This document shows, piece by piece, positions 27,102-41,031 of a stretch of 64,000 bases of DNA. The stretch is taken from the NCBI GenBank assembly GCA_951406725.2, contig OX597836.1, positions 25,730,001 to 25,794,000 of the forward strand, in the 5' to 3' direction. This DNA is from Octopus vulgaris (taxonomy: Eukaryota). A model generated the notes under the pieces. The model was not told where the DNA came from and searched no databases. It was given only the letters and a program-made list of their open reading frames with translations. A program made the translations under genes and the position numbers. The first letter of the stretch is position 1, and each line of letters begins with the position of its first letter.

Positions 27102-27269
27102 AAGCATTGTGAAATACCGCCACCCAGGGTTTTCTGGACGAAATATTAAATTTACTTCACCATTTTCCAAACTCATGAAAATAAGACGGTTTGTTAACAG
27201 CTTGAAAAATGGCGAAATAAATTAATATTTCATCTAGGAAGCCCTAGGTAGCTGTATTTCACAATACTT
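27102..27269. repeat. Imperfect fold-back inverted repeat (~75-bp arms)
   Basis: ATTGTGAAATACCGCCACCCAGGG...GAAATATTAA versus TTAATATTTC...CCCTAGGTAGCTGTATTTCACAAT. Mismatches are mostly transitions. Confidence 0.75.
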
Positions 27270-27301
27270 GTGGATCTTATTACAACACACACACAAAAAT
27301 G

Positions 27302-27341
<40 letters not shown>

Positions 27342-27557
27342 AACACACATATGCTTATATACAACGTATATAGATATGCATGCATGTATGTGTTTGTGTA
27401 TTTATGCATATATATATATATATATATATATATGCATATACATTTCTTTATCCTTTCTCTGCGTGTATAAACAGATAGAAAGATAGATAGATGATGGATA
27501 GATACAAAGATAGATCGATAGATAGATAGATAGATAGATATGGATATAGATACATAG

Positions 27558-27625
<68 letters not shown>

Positions 27626-27892
27626 GCACCTATTATCAATTCAAAATGAACAATTAAATTACACCATCTAGAAAATTACATATTATAGAAATACTAAAAT
27701 TAAAATAACAATAAAATATCAATGATTAAGTAAATTGCAAAAAAAAAATAATAATAATAACGTATATAATTGGTATATATATTATATTGTGTGAAATTTG
27801 ATTTAGTATTTCTAAATTGAATTTTTTTCCCTGTAAGTTTGGATTTATATTCCCTCAAATAATAATTATTATATATATATATATATATATAT

Positions 27893-27977
<85 letters not shown>

Positions 27978-29892
27978 ATTTATTCTAAGTTCAGGCTACA
28001 GAATTTTCTAGGCTACAGAATATAGTGTTTCAGTCCCAGTTTGTTGGTGTTTAACATTGAGATTTTGGAAGCTCTATCATATACCCATATATCTGTTCAG
28101 GTAACACTTAACACAACTTCAGCGGGGCAATGATTACACAGGTGGACGAGTGGCCACGATTGGAAAAAGGAAAAAGAGAAAAACGTTAATTGATTAATAT
28201 TCCCAGAATTTCTACACGATTTTTATTGAATTTCTGACTAGGATTGTATCCTTCGATATAAATATATTGACTTGAATTTTCGAGCTAGAATCTAAAGGAA
28301 TAGAATTTGAAAGTGGATCTTGCGATAAGACGGTGTCATTGTGTGTGCCGGGCTAGAATATTTCTTAATTAAGCTTTTATAATGGATGTAATATTCGGTA
28401 TTTTCAATGAAGAATGTGTATTCACATTGTTTGTGTTGCTCATATAAAGAGCGTATGTTTATGTATGTATTTCTGTTTGTGTGCATGTGTGTGTAAGTAT
28501 GTGTGTGTTTGTGTTACTGAGAGAACGTTGTTTCTCTGTACGATTTCATTACGATCAAAACGACTTCGCCATGGATCCTCCTTCATAAGGATTCTCCTTA
28601 CTCTGCTTGAGCTTGTAATTGCCACCTCTGCTTTCCTGAGAAGCTGCACATACCCACTCAGTCGCAAGTAAATCCACAGTAACCCGAATATAACACCCTA
28701 TAACTAACTGGTCCATATATATTACCAGGGTTTACAAATTGCTGATGCTCATAGAGCTTTGTCGTGGTGGTCATGCAAACTTATTTATAACCTGACATCA
28801 CCAAATTGGTTGTTTCCCACGTGACAACCGTTGTTGCTAAATGCATTACCCTCAGAATGAAGACTAAATGACACCAGCATCTTGTTTACGCTACCACATG
28901 CAGTATCCAGTATAAAAAGCTGTTGCCGCCGAATATACCATCCTGCAGGATGCCGTCAGAGTGACTCCAGCATCCTGTTTGCTTCACGTGGACATAATAA
29001 TAAAATTATTGATTTTATGAAAGCAAACTGACCACGTGAACTGAACTGACCTGTGGAGTCGTAAATAACAAGAAGCCATCTTAAAACTCTGTCTTTTAAA
29101 TTCGCTCAACGTTTCTTCCATATATCTGATGAGGTGGACATGTCCTACGCTCATGAAATTTGAAGACAAAGGAAGCTGAATCAAACTGATATTTAATACA
29201 TGTAACTCCAACCGAATGTGTTATGTGCCACTTGCTTTTGTTTGTCCACTCTGTCGTGTATTTGCATATCCACATACATACATATATAAACGTGTATATG
29301 CAGCTCGCACATATACAAACACATATACACATAAGCCACCAGATAAAACGGGATGAGAAGCTGAAGTTTTCAAGCTTCGTTTCCCGTTATATTTGGACGC
29401 TTCGGGAACGCACAACACCTCCCTATCCCGTTTAGCTCCCAGACTATACATCGACTACGAATCCCTTGGTACACTATCGGGTGGGCTGGGGGAATTCTCC
29501 GTACAGATTTATGGCTTTGACAAGCAAAGACCCTTCAGTGGACATTTGGATTGATAACAGTAGTTGCAAATGAGTGCTCGGTGTAAAATCTGTTTAGGTG
29601 TTTGCTTTTTTTCTCCTTTTTACCGTGCGTTGTTGGAAATAATTGTTGTCTAGGCAGGTGTGACTGACCTTAATATCATGCATATTAATACACAAGAATA
29701 CATGCCTACCAGTATATAACTACACAGACAATGACACATATACATAGATTTATGAGTGTGAATATATTCATGTATGTGCACATACGTGTACATCACATGA
29801 ATACAAATGAAAAAAATGACATAACATATATATATTGAGACCGCGACCTGTTCACTGACAAAGCTTCGTGCTGCATCTCTCTCCCTCTCTCT

Positions 29893-29956
<64 letters not shown>

Positions 29957-29994
29957 ATGTGTATGGTGTATGCATGTATGTATATGTATATAAG

Positions 29995-30318
29995 GAGCAT
30001 TCCGTTGGTTACGACGACGAGTTTCCCAGCTGATAGATCAACGGAACAGCTTGCTCGTGAAATTAATGTGCAAGTGGCTGAGCACTCCACAGACACGTGT
30101 ACCCTTAACGTAGTTATCAGGGAGATTCAGCGTGACACAGAGTGTGACAAGACTGGCCCCTTTTGAAATACAGGTACAACTCATTTTTGCCAGCTGAGTG
30201 GACTGGAGCAACGTGAAATAAAGTGTCTTGCTCAAGGACACAACGTGTCGCCGGAAATTGAGCTCACAACTTTACGATCGTCAGCGGAATGCTCTTACCA
30301 CTAAACCACTTGCCTTCA
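29995..30318 (-). mobile_element. tRNA-derived SINE (head A + tail 2)
   Basis: TCCTTGAGCAAGACACTTTATTTCACGTTGCTCCAGTCCACTCAGCTG is shared with 2870-2905. The 3' half is shared with 20080-20257. Confidence 0.85.
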
Positions 30319-30319
30319 C

Positions 30320-30357
<38 letters not shown>

Positions 30358-30624
30358 CACACATACACAATCACGTGGCGCGTGCATATGCACACAAATG
30401 GATATACATACGTACAAAGAGCTCTCCATGCGTGTGCGTAGATATATCGTACATACATCAATATATGTGAGTGTGTGTGCGTGCGGCCATGCGCGTGTGT
30501 TTATGTATATATTTTCTCTCAATCTCAACATATAATTTGAATAAGTGCATACACTCACACACACATACACGCACACGCGTGCACCCATACACATACATAC
30601 ACACATATATATATATATATATAT

Positions 30625-30685
<61 letters not shown>

Positions 30686-30742
30686 TATATATGTATATTC
30701 AACATATTTAATATATATATATATATATATATAGCTTTAGAT

Positions 30743-30891
30743 GGGGTTGAATCGTGGAAATACTGCAATACCGGGTCAATCCGTAGCAAAGGCGGAGCAA
30801 GCCCCTAACTCTTCCCCTTGTTCTAAAAGTCAGTTTAATATCGATGACCCCCACCCCACCCCAAATAGGGACCGTATCAGATATTACTACA
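30743..30891 (-). pseudogene. U2: U2 snRNA pseudogene/variant, 5'-truncated
   Basis: Minus strand: TGTAGTA-ATATCTGATACG...ATATTAAACTGACTTTTAGAAC...TAGGGGCTTGCTCCG...TTGACCCGGTATTGCAGTA. Colinear with metazoan U2 (AATATCTGATACG, ATATTAAA, Sm site, GCTTGCTCC loop III, GGTATTGCAGTA loop IV). The 5' ~30 nt are absent and the Sm site is altered. Confidence 0.88.
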
Positions 30892-31032
30892 GATTTTTTT
30901 TGTGTGTGTATATGTTTGATATATGTATATGTGCGTGTGTCTGTATATGTATGCATGTATTAATATATAAATTTGTAAGTGTGTGTGTGTGTGTGTGTGT
31001 GTGTCGATGTGTGTTTGGGGAAGAGTTGTGTT

Positions 31033-31065
<33 letters not shown>

Positions 31066-31133
31066 ACATAGATAGATAGACAGATAGATAGATAGATAGA
31101 TAGATAGACAGATAGATGGACAGACAGACAAAC

Positions 31134-31196
<63 letters not shown>

Positions 31197-31340
31197 CATA
31201 CATACATACATACATACATACATACATACATACATACATGCATACACAGACAGACAGACATAGATAGATAGATAGATATGTTTCTTTGTTAGCCACAGAC
31301 AGATAGATAGATACATAGACAGACAGACATAGATAGATAC

Positions 31341-31411
<71 letters not shown>

Positions 31412-31428
31412 GGTAGATATATATATAT

Positions 31429-31506
<78 letters not shown>

Positions 31507-31509
31507 TAG

Positions 31510-31660
31510 ATATGTTTCTTTATTAGCCACACAGAGCTGCACACCGACGGGACAGATTACAATGTAGAGCTTTTCTTTTTGGGGGAGAGAGAAAAAAAAG
31601 GTGGGTTAGGTTTTCGATCAAAAGGGATCGTAAAAGGGAAAGAAGAAGAAAAAAAAATAG
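31510..31660 (-). mobile_element. LINE-like 3' end in (GATA)n, same family as 14335-14693
   Basis: Reverse complement of 14580-14693. A ~20-bp extreme 3' piece also sits at 31277-31297 in the same microsatellite. Confidence 0.72.
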
Positions 31661-31804
31661 ATAGATATATAGATAGATAGACAGACAGGTGTTATTCTTT
31701 TTAACCCATCTACCGTCCTTATAATCGATATATTTCGTCAACCTGTCTGTCTAACCACCTACCACCTATTCAATTCGCTTGTCACTCACTGTACCTCTCT
31801 GTAC

Positions 31805-31872
<68 letters not shown>

Positions 31873-32121
31873 TTATCTACCTGTCTGTCTGTCTGTCTCT
31901 CGCACTGTCTCTTCCCCTTTGTCTCTCTGTCCCTTTCTCTCTGTCTATTTAAAGCGTTTCTCAATTTGCCTTCCTGCCTGCCTGTCTGTCTGTCCGTTTG
32001 TTTACTTTATTTCAATAATTTCTGTTCAACGTAAAACAAAACGACACAACGCATACGCACGCAAATCCGGGCGAATTTCTAGGCATTCGTATGCACGTAA
32101 TCACTCACATATACACACACA

Positions 32122-32218
<97 letters not shown>

Positions 32219-32324
32219 GCGCGCGTACGCGCCAGCACGCTCTAAAACGCAACTAGAAAGTGTCAGATTTTAAAACATATTCTGAAAAAAACGCACAAAA
32301 ATACATCTGAATCGTACTCACATA

Positions 32325-32365
<41 letters not shown>

Positions 32366-32453
32366 ACAGAAGCCATTTCGCCCAAAAGCACACGCAGGTA
32401 CGCAAACATTTGATAATATGCACATATATACATTAAAAGCATTCTGCCCGTAG

Positions 32454-32499
<46 letters not shown>

Positions 32500-32699
32500 T
32501 CTCTCTCTCTCTCACTAAATCTCAAACGTATATACACACTGAATATTGCACACGGCCGTACCCTCAACTACAGATGCTCCCACACTCATGTGCACACACT
32601 CACAAACGTGCATGCACACCCACATACACACACTCATGCACACGCATACACACATGCACACACACACACACACACACTCATGAAACCCAGCATACGCAC

Positions 32700-33025
32700 A
32701 TACACAGCAGCACACACACGCGCTCATTCACGCGTACACACACACACGCGTTTGCACACTCACGCGTACATACACACACGCGCACACTCACGCGTACACA
32801 CACACACACGCGCGCGCGTGCACTCACGCGTACACACACACGCGCGTACACTCACGCATACACACACACACGCGTTTGCACTCTCACGCGTACACACACA
32901 CACACACGCACGCTCACGCGTACACACACACACGCACACTCACGCGTACACGCACACACGCACACTCACGCGTACACACCAACGCGCGCGGAACACTCAC
33001 GCGTACGCACGTACGCTCACTCACA
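32700..33025. repeat. CpG-rich minisatellite, approx. (ACTCACGCGTACACACACACACGCGC)n
   Basis: Repeated TCACGCGTAC units within alternating purine-pyrimidine sequence. Confidence 0.8.
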
Positions 33026-33090
33026 CACACTCATACGCTTGCTCCCCCACCCATCACCACCACCGCCACACACAAAGGGACTCCACTTAC

Positions 33091-33229
33091 CGTCCAGATC
33101 TGCCGACCTGTTGTTCCGAGCCGCCGCTACCTGCGCCGCCTCTGCTGCTGCCGCTGCTGCTGTTGCTGCCACCGCCGCCGCCTCGCCATTGGTTTTATCG
33201 TTATTGATGAGGTTACTGTTGAAATCCAT
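33091..33229 (-). CDS. Candidate first coding exon of an unidentified host gene (poly-Ala N-terminus), phase-1 donor
   Basis: Reads MDFNSNLINNDKTNGEAAAVAATAAAAAAEAAQVAAARNNRSADLD(G) with mixed Ala codons and ends at consensus donor ACG|GTAAGT (33091/33090). The frame is open upstream to a TGA at 33358. No downstream exon was recognised. Confidence 0.5.
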
Positions 33230-34419
33230 TGACAAATGAATCACACTCGGCACCCTTGGGTGTGGAATTATTGTTTGTTTGTCTTGTTTACACCTGCTTC
33301 TGTCTGATTCGGGATCCCTACCACCTTTTCTTCGTTTAATATCTTCCGTCTCCCTTCAGTTATGTCGTCTGCTTTTCAATATTTCTCTCTCTATAATCCA
33401 ACGCCGCTTTTCCCTTCTTTTATTTTCCGCCTCTCCTCTCTAATACACGTCTCTTTCTCTTCTCTTTCTTCCTGCCAAACGATCTCTTTCTTCTTTCTTT
33501 CTTTCCTTTCTTCTTCCTTCCTCCTTTTCTTTCTTTCTGTCCTCAATTGTGTCGTCTGCTCATCAATCAATTTTTTTTTTTTCATTCGTTCGTACTTTCT
33601 TGTTTATATCCTTCCTTTGTTTTGCTTTTATTCATTTTTTCCCTGTTTCTTTCTTCTTTGCTTTGGCTTCGATCTATTTATTTTCTTCCTTTAACCTTTC
33701 CGTCGTTATTCCTTTGAATCTATTGATCTATCTCTCTATCAAAGAATCATTTACGCCACCTACCAGTCTCAACCATCAATCTTTATCCATATTATCTCTA
33801 TATTTTTCCTATTTATTCTATCCCTTCGAAGCCTCCTTCATTCTTTCATTTTTCCCTACCTTTCACATTATCCAAACACACTCGTCTTTCTTCTTTTTCC
33901 TTTGGTCTCTTTCCTCTTATTTTCCTTTGTTCTTTCTTTCCTTTTAACACGTTTCTCCGTTATTCTTGTATTCAGAATGTCTTTTTATCTATCTCTCCGT
34001 TGATCGTTTATTTACTTCAACATTTCGTTGTCTGTTTCCATCTTCACGATTCCTATAAGCTCTTTTACTCTCTTTCTATCTCTTTCTCTCTCTATATATA
34101 TATGTATACTTTATATGTTCTCCAGCGTTTTCTTTTTTTCTTTCCTTTCTTCTTTCAAGTTTTTCTTCCCTTTCTTCTTAATTAACGTCTTTTTATCTTT
34201 CATTCCTTCTCACGTATTTTAACCATTTTTACTCTCTTCTTCCATTCCTTAATAATTATATTCCTTTATCCTTTTAATCCTTTATCCTTATACTTTTCTT
34301 GGATTCAGTTTCTTCCGTCTTTCCTTCTCATATTATAACAATATCACACTTCGAGTTCTTTTGGCTAAATTTCCATTTGTAAATAATTCATTTACGATTT
34401 TGTTATTGTATTTATCATA

Positions 34420-34452
<33 letters not shown>

Positions 34453-35625
34453 GCTGATTATTATTTTTCCTCTTGCCAATTTCTTTCAACACGTTTACTT
34501 GCTAATCTTAAATTTATTTCTGCCATCAAAAGAAAGCATCGTTTGCGAAGAAAAAAACATCAATATTCTTTTCACATTCTGAATATTCTATTTTGTTTTT
34601 GTTTGGGAGTTGGTTCCTGTCAATTTAAGGCCCATATCTTTCTATCTTGTCTCCCGTTTCCTGTTCATTTCATCTCTAAATCTTTATCTTCCTCGTTTTT
34701 TTTCCTCCTCTTCCTTTTACTGAGGTGGTCCCTGTTACAGTGATGTCAACAATAGTTCTGCCTTTATTTAATAATAACGATAATGATAACAATAATAATA
34801 ATAATAATAATAATAATGATTCGCTGTTTAAAATAAACTCCGTTTGTGGTGCGAACGTTCAGTGATGCGATTCCAGTCTGTTCCTCCGTGCTTCTGCAAA
34901 TTGTATGATGACAATGACGCGTGGAAGAAGGAAGTTCACATGACATGCGAGAGCACCGCACGCAGAAACATACAGACATACACACATTCACCCAGTGGAA
35001 ACACTATTCTACACGCACGCACGCACGCACGCACATATGTACATACATATATATATATATATATATGTGTATGTATGTATATATATATACTATATATTCA
35101 CACACAAATACGATCACACCTACTCAACAACAACGTATAATACTATATCAACGTGTGTGACTTTAGAACACCTACATGCAAACATAATTTAAAATCCTTT
35201 TCCATACATAATCAACAAAATTATGATCATCAGGTTGCAAAGAGGTAGCAGAAACGATGATAAATTACCGTATTGAAACACCTGGCTTTAATTACTTTAC
35301 ATCCCCTTGCAATATATACATCTCCTCCATATCCGCTATTTCTAGTTCTTCCTCTAGTGACCACCACAGATGGAAAAGAGGACGTTTGACGAACCACATT
35401 CTTTCACCACGAACTAACTTCCTCGGGTGGAATTCGAACTCAGAACGTTAAGTACCTCAGTCCCTACGTTACAATTTGTGTTTGTGTATCCGCTGAGAAG
35501 GGGCTTACTTTCTATCCATACCAGCTGTCTTTTAGGGGTTGACTATCAGCTACCCTCTTCCACACAGGATGTGAGACTTGGTAGCTATTTTACATGAGAA
35601 AATAAAATTAAATCTTTGGCTGAAC

Positions 35626-35656
<31 letters not shown>

Positions 35657-35668
35657 TCAATATCAATG

Positions 35669-35811
<143 letters not shown>

Positions 35812-36070
35812 TAATAATAATAATAATCCTTTCTAAAATAGGTACAAGGCCTGAAATTTGGTGGGGATGGGGGCTGTCGATTAGATCGACCCCCAGTACG
35901 CCACTGGTACTTAATTTATCGACCTCGAAGGGATGAAAAGGCGAAGTCGACCTCGGCGGAATTAGAACTCAGAACGTGAAAACGCACGAAACGTCGCCAG
36001 ACATTTAACTCGGCAACGTGCCACCAGATTCTGTCAGCTCGCTGCCTTCAATAACAATAATAACAACAAC

Positions 36071-36162
<92 letters not shown>

Positions 36163-36170
36163 TATTATTA

Positions 36171-36252
<82 letters not shown>

Positions 36253-36710
36253 TTAAAATCATTGTTTATATGTGTTGTTTATTGAGCAATTTATTTGTTG
36301 ATATTTTTGTTGTTGTTGTCGTTTGCAGCATTTGCACGAAAAACATGCACACGATATTCACTGTATTTGTATACAAAGAACCAAATGCACGCGTGCACGC
36401 GCGCGTACGTGCATGCACGAACGCGCGCACCTGTGTGTGCGTGTACGTGTGCGTGTGTGTGTGTGTGTGTGTGTATGTGTGTGTGTATGTTGGGCACCAG
36501 ACGGAAAAAGGTCTGGTGGCTGATGTTACTATTTATATCGTGTCCTGCTCTGTCGCTCTGTCCTGGAAAAATTTGCGGACTGACAATTAAAGATCGATAA
36601 AATAAATAATTATGAGGAATAAGTCCTTCGGGACCAATATGATAAAGCGAACCATTGAAGGTAGTGCTACATCATGGCCGCTGCCTAATACCTATAGATG
36701 TACAGGTTAG

Positions 36711-36752
<42 letters not shown>

Positions 36753-36801
36753 CACATACACACGCATGTGTGTATATATAAACACACGCAGACATACACA
36801 T

Positions 36802-36887
<86 letters not shown>

Positions 36888-37152
36888 GTGTATATACATG
36901 TACATGGATACCTGCAAATACATTAGACGCACACCTGTAGCTGCGCACTTAAAATTTCACTTATGAATACATATATGTATATATATATGTATATATATAT
37001 ATATGTGCGTGTGTGTGTGTACATAATATATGGTATATATGTATATATGTTTGTATATATGTTTATGGGTATGTATATGTATGTATGCTTTCATATATAT
37101 ATATATATATATAGGTAGAGAGAAAGACTGACAGAGAAAGATATATATAGAG

Positions 37153-37245
<93 letters not shown>

Positions 37246-37359
37246 TGCATACGCGGTCATACATATATTATGCGATTAAACGTCCGATAATATTTGTAGA
37301 GATGATATCCGCACACAGCCTCATCACTCCTTCTTGAAAAATGCACGTACACACATACA

Positions 37360-37406
<47 letters not shown>

Positions 37407-37611
37407 ACACACACATCACACATACATCACACACACGCACAGACATGCTCACATACATATATGCACACAAAGATATGCACATACACATACACACGTGAAA
37501 ACACACACACACACACACGCCGGCACACGCATATATGTGCAAACATGTGCAGAGCGAAACCCATACAGAAACACAAGCGCATACACATATATGTACCGAG
37601 AGAGAGAGATG

Positions 37612-37650
<39 letters not shown>

Positions 37651-38269
37651 GGAGAGGGAGAGAGCGAGAGAAAGAGAAAGAGAAAGAGAGAGAGAGAACG
37701 AGACTAGCACCTGCATACAAAATACAAACCTACATACACAGCAACACACGCACAGTGGAAGAGTTGGGGAGGAGAAAAGAAAGAAAAGAAGAAAGGAAGA
37801 AAGGAAGGAAGAAAGAAAGAAAGGAAGGAAGAAAGAAAGAAGGAAGAAAGAAGAAAGTATGGAAGAAAGAAAGAGAAAGAAAGGTAGGAAAATGTGATGA
37901 AGACTGAAGGATGGAATTTGGTGGAATATTCCAATAGGTGTGTGATTGTAGTGTCCACTGTAGTAATAGTAGTAGTAGTAGTAGTAGTAGTAGTAGCTGT
38001 AGTGGTGGTGTTAGTGGTGGTGGTGTTAGTGGTGGCGGTAGAGGTAGTAGTAGTAATAGTAGTGGCAGTGGCTGTAGTGGTGGAATTGGTGGTGTTGGTA
38101 GTGGTAGTGATATGGTGGTGGTGGTGGTGGTGGCGGTGGTTGTGCTGGTGGTTGTGGTCGTAGTAGTGTTGTTGGTGGTGGTTGTGCTGGTGGTTGTGCT
38201 GGCGGTTGTGGTCGTGGTCGTGGTAGTAGTCGTAGTAGCAACACCTACAGTACGCAATCGTGCCAAAGA

Positions 38270-38690
38270 AGGAACTTCTATGTGGTCACTACACATGCTA
38301 GATATAGCTGCCAAATCTGCTTCAAATCACTCCCTACTGTCTTCAGTAAGTAAAGGACACCGATTAATAAAGTATTTTGTAAAACTACAAAATTTAAGTG
38401 ATCACAGAAGGAATACCTTCGATCAATCTCTAGGCTCAGGCAGCTTTGGCCTGGGGCTAAACAACCAGCTAAGCAACAGCAGTATATAGCCATTCGATTT
38501 GCTAGAAATAGCAGTTAAAGCTCTTTTCAAATCACAGACAACCATCTGAATAAAGATGTATACTTTAGGGACCAAAGCCCTAAGTGCAGTGTAACTAGGT
38601 TTCAGACACGCTGGCCACGGTTGGAATGTATTTTATTATACAGCTGTCCGATCAGGACAAAGCTGGGTGTAAGTTACAACAACAATAACA
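38270..38690 (+). mobile_element. Two tandem copies of an old dispersed repeat ending in (CAA)n
   Basis: TGCTAGA(T/A)ATAGC(T/A)G...TCAAATCAC occurs twice. Related pieces lie at ~16360-16495 and ~20270-20360. Confidence 0.55.
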
Positions 38691-38792
38691 ATAAACAAAG
38701 AACAACAGCAACAGGTTAGGCAAGAAGAAACTTAGGATAAATAGCAACAGGCGACAGCAGCAGCAGTAACAGCAACAACAACAACAATAATA

Positions 38793-39560
38793 GTCCTTTC
38801 TATTATAACCACGTGGCTTGAAATTTGTGGGGAGAAGGCCAGTCGATTACATCGACCCCATTGTACAACGGGTACTTAATTTATCAATCACGAAAGGATG
38901 AAAGGCAAAGTCGACCTCGGTGGAATTTGAACTCAGAGCGTAAAAAACTGGCGAAATGCCTATTTCTTTACTACCCACAAGGGGCTAAACACAGAGAGGA
39001 CAAACAAGGACAGACAAACGGATTAAGTCGGTTATATAGACCCCAGTGCGTAACTGGTACTTAATTTATCGACCACGAAAGGATGACAGGCAAAGTCGAC
39101 CTCGGTGGAATTTGAACTCAGAGCGTAAAAACGGGCGAAATACCTATTTCTTTACTACCCACAAGGGGCTAAACACAGAGAGCACAAACAAGGACAGATA
39201 AACGGATTATGTCGATTACACCGACACCAGTGCGTAACTGGTACTTAATTTATCGACCCCGAAAGGATGAAAGGCAAGGTCGACCTCGGTGGAATTTGAA
39301 CTCCGAGCGTAAAAACGGGCGGAATACCTATTTCTTTACTACCCACAAGGGGCTAAACACAGAGAGGACAAACAAGGACAGACAAAGGGATTAAGTCGAT
39401 TACAACGACTCCAGTGCGTAACTGGTACTTAATTTATCGACCCCGAAAGGATGAAAGGCAAAGTCGACCTCGGCGGAATTTGAACTCAGAACGTAACGGC
39501 AGACGAAATACGGCTACGCATTTCGCCCGGCGTGCTAACGTTTCTGCCAGCTCGTCGCCT
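38793..39560 (-). mobile_element. Tandem array: three tail-B SINE units joined to a tail-A copy
   Basis: Junctions CG(A/G)AAT(A/G)CC|TATTTCTTTACTACCC at ~38960, ~39144 and ~39328. A complete tRNA-like head is present only at the 39560 end. Confidence 0.9.
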
Positions 39561-39719
39561 TTTATGATTTGTTTAATAACAATTTCTTTTATTTGCCACC
39601 AGGATGAGTGGGGTGGGTGGAGGGGTGGATACAATACAACGACAGGCATAATGTATGAAGGTTTACATATAACGAAATGATGATTAAAAAAAAGAGTATG
39701 AAGGATATACAATAAAGCA

Positions 39720-40002
39720 GTGAGTTGATTTAGTTGACAGAAACTGAAAGAAGCCCTACGTATGTGTGTGTTTGTCTTTGCGTATGTATTTGTCCCCCCA
39801 CGCATCACAGCTTGACAACTGGTATTGGCGTGTTTACGCCCCCGTTACATACCTGTTCGGCAAAAGAGAGCGACAGAATAAACACAAAGCCATGAAAAAT
39901 AAGTCCTGGGGTCGATTTGCTCGTCTAAAACCCTTCAAGGCGGTGCTCCAGCACGGCCGCAGCCATACAACTGAAACAAGTAAAAGAATAAAGGAATAAA
40001 AG
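39720..40002 (+). mobile_element. 5'-truncated SINE (family of 60288-60701)
   Basis: GAAACTGAAAGAAGCCC...TTCGGCAAAAGAG...GGCGGTGCTCCAGCA...GAAACAAGTAAAAGAATAAA. Confidence 0.85.
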
Positions 40003-40029
40003 TATAGCTATAATACCGCAGTAAAAGGA

Positions 40030-40215
40030 TAGAAGCCGGGAAATGATGGTAGTGATGTGGTCCTCGCGATATAAGAGAATCCCTACAGATAACCAAGGAA
40101 CCCCACCATCTAAGATCTCCCAGAACATCAAGGGCAGGTGCCCTCTCCAATCCCTGTTGTCCGATTTCCGGTTTTATCCTTAGAGCGATACCATCCACTC
40201 TTGCCATATCGACCA
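40030..40215 (-). mobile_element. L1/Tx1-like LINE ORF2 end and 3' UTR fragment
   Basis: Reverse complement is homologous to 59920-60090 (MARVDGIALR vs MG*VNGTALS; GATCTT(A/G)GATGGTGGGGTTCCT). Confidence 0.7.
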
Positions 40216-40600
40216 GATATTATTACCAAAAATCATCAGAAAAAAGAAATGTTTCTTAATCGATATATCGATCCCAACAAACGGTAATATTTGCCTCAAA
40301 GAAATTAAGAAATTATCCGAGTAATAAAGATCTCGAAATAGAGACAAGCGGAACATGGATGGAGGGGAACTGAAAACAGCAAGCATCCATATAACAGGAG
40401 AGCAACGGCGTTGGGAATTATGAAAAGATGCATGATGGGCAGATACAACCGTATCTTCACCTCATTTGCAGACAATCGCAATGACGGACACAACACATAG
40501 AGATCATGGAAAATATTGGCTTTTAATATAATGGAAGCAACAGATTTAAAAGAAAATGGAGCAAATACCCAACGTGCATCACATTATTAATAATAATAAT

Positions 40601-40659
<59 letters not shown>

Positions 40660-40665
40660 GAGTAA

Positions 40666-40732
<67 letters not shown>

Positions 40733-40734
<2 letters not shown>

Positions 40735-40946
40735 TATTCAGACAAATACATGACAAAAACACCAGGACTTACAGACATATATAACATACAGAAAATTGCA
40801 CTACTAGGCACTGCACACATCCTACGCAGAACACTTTCCATACAATAACCATCAGAGCATCACAACAAATCACAGCACATACCTAAGGCACACAGAGCTG
40901 CGCTTGGTAGTGAAGTGAAAGCACGCTATAAAAATAAAACTACTGA
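40733..40946 (+). mobile_element. R4/Dong-type 3' fragment in (TAA)n
   Basis: YSDKYMTKTPGLTDIYNIQKIALLGTAHILRRTLSIQ* plus a 3' UTR, with (TAA)n on both sides. Confidence 0.85.
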
Positions 40947-40948
40947 AG

Positions 40949-41028
<80 letters not shown>

Positions 41029-41031
<3 letters not shown>

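Noticed and set aside
29126-29158. CTGATGA...GAAA hammerhead-like spacing
   Set aside because: The core itself pairs (ATGAG/CTCAT) and stems I and III are absent. The context resembles a DNA-transposon subterminal region. The same holds for the minus-strand motif near 12625-12652.
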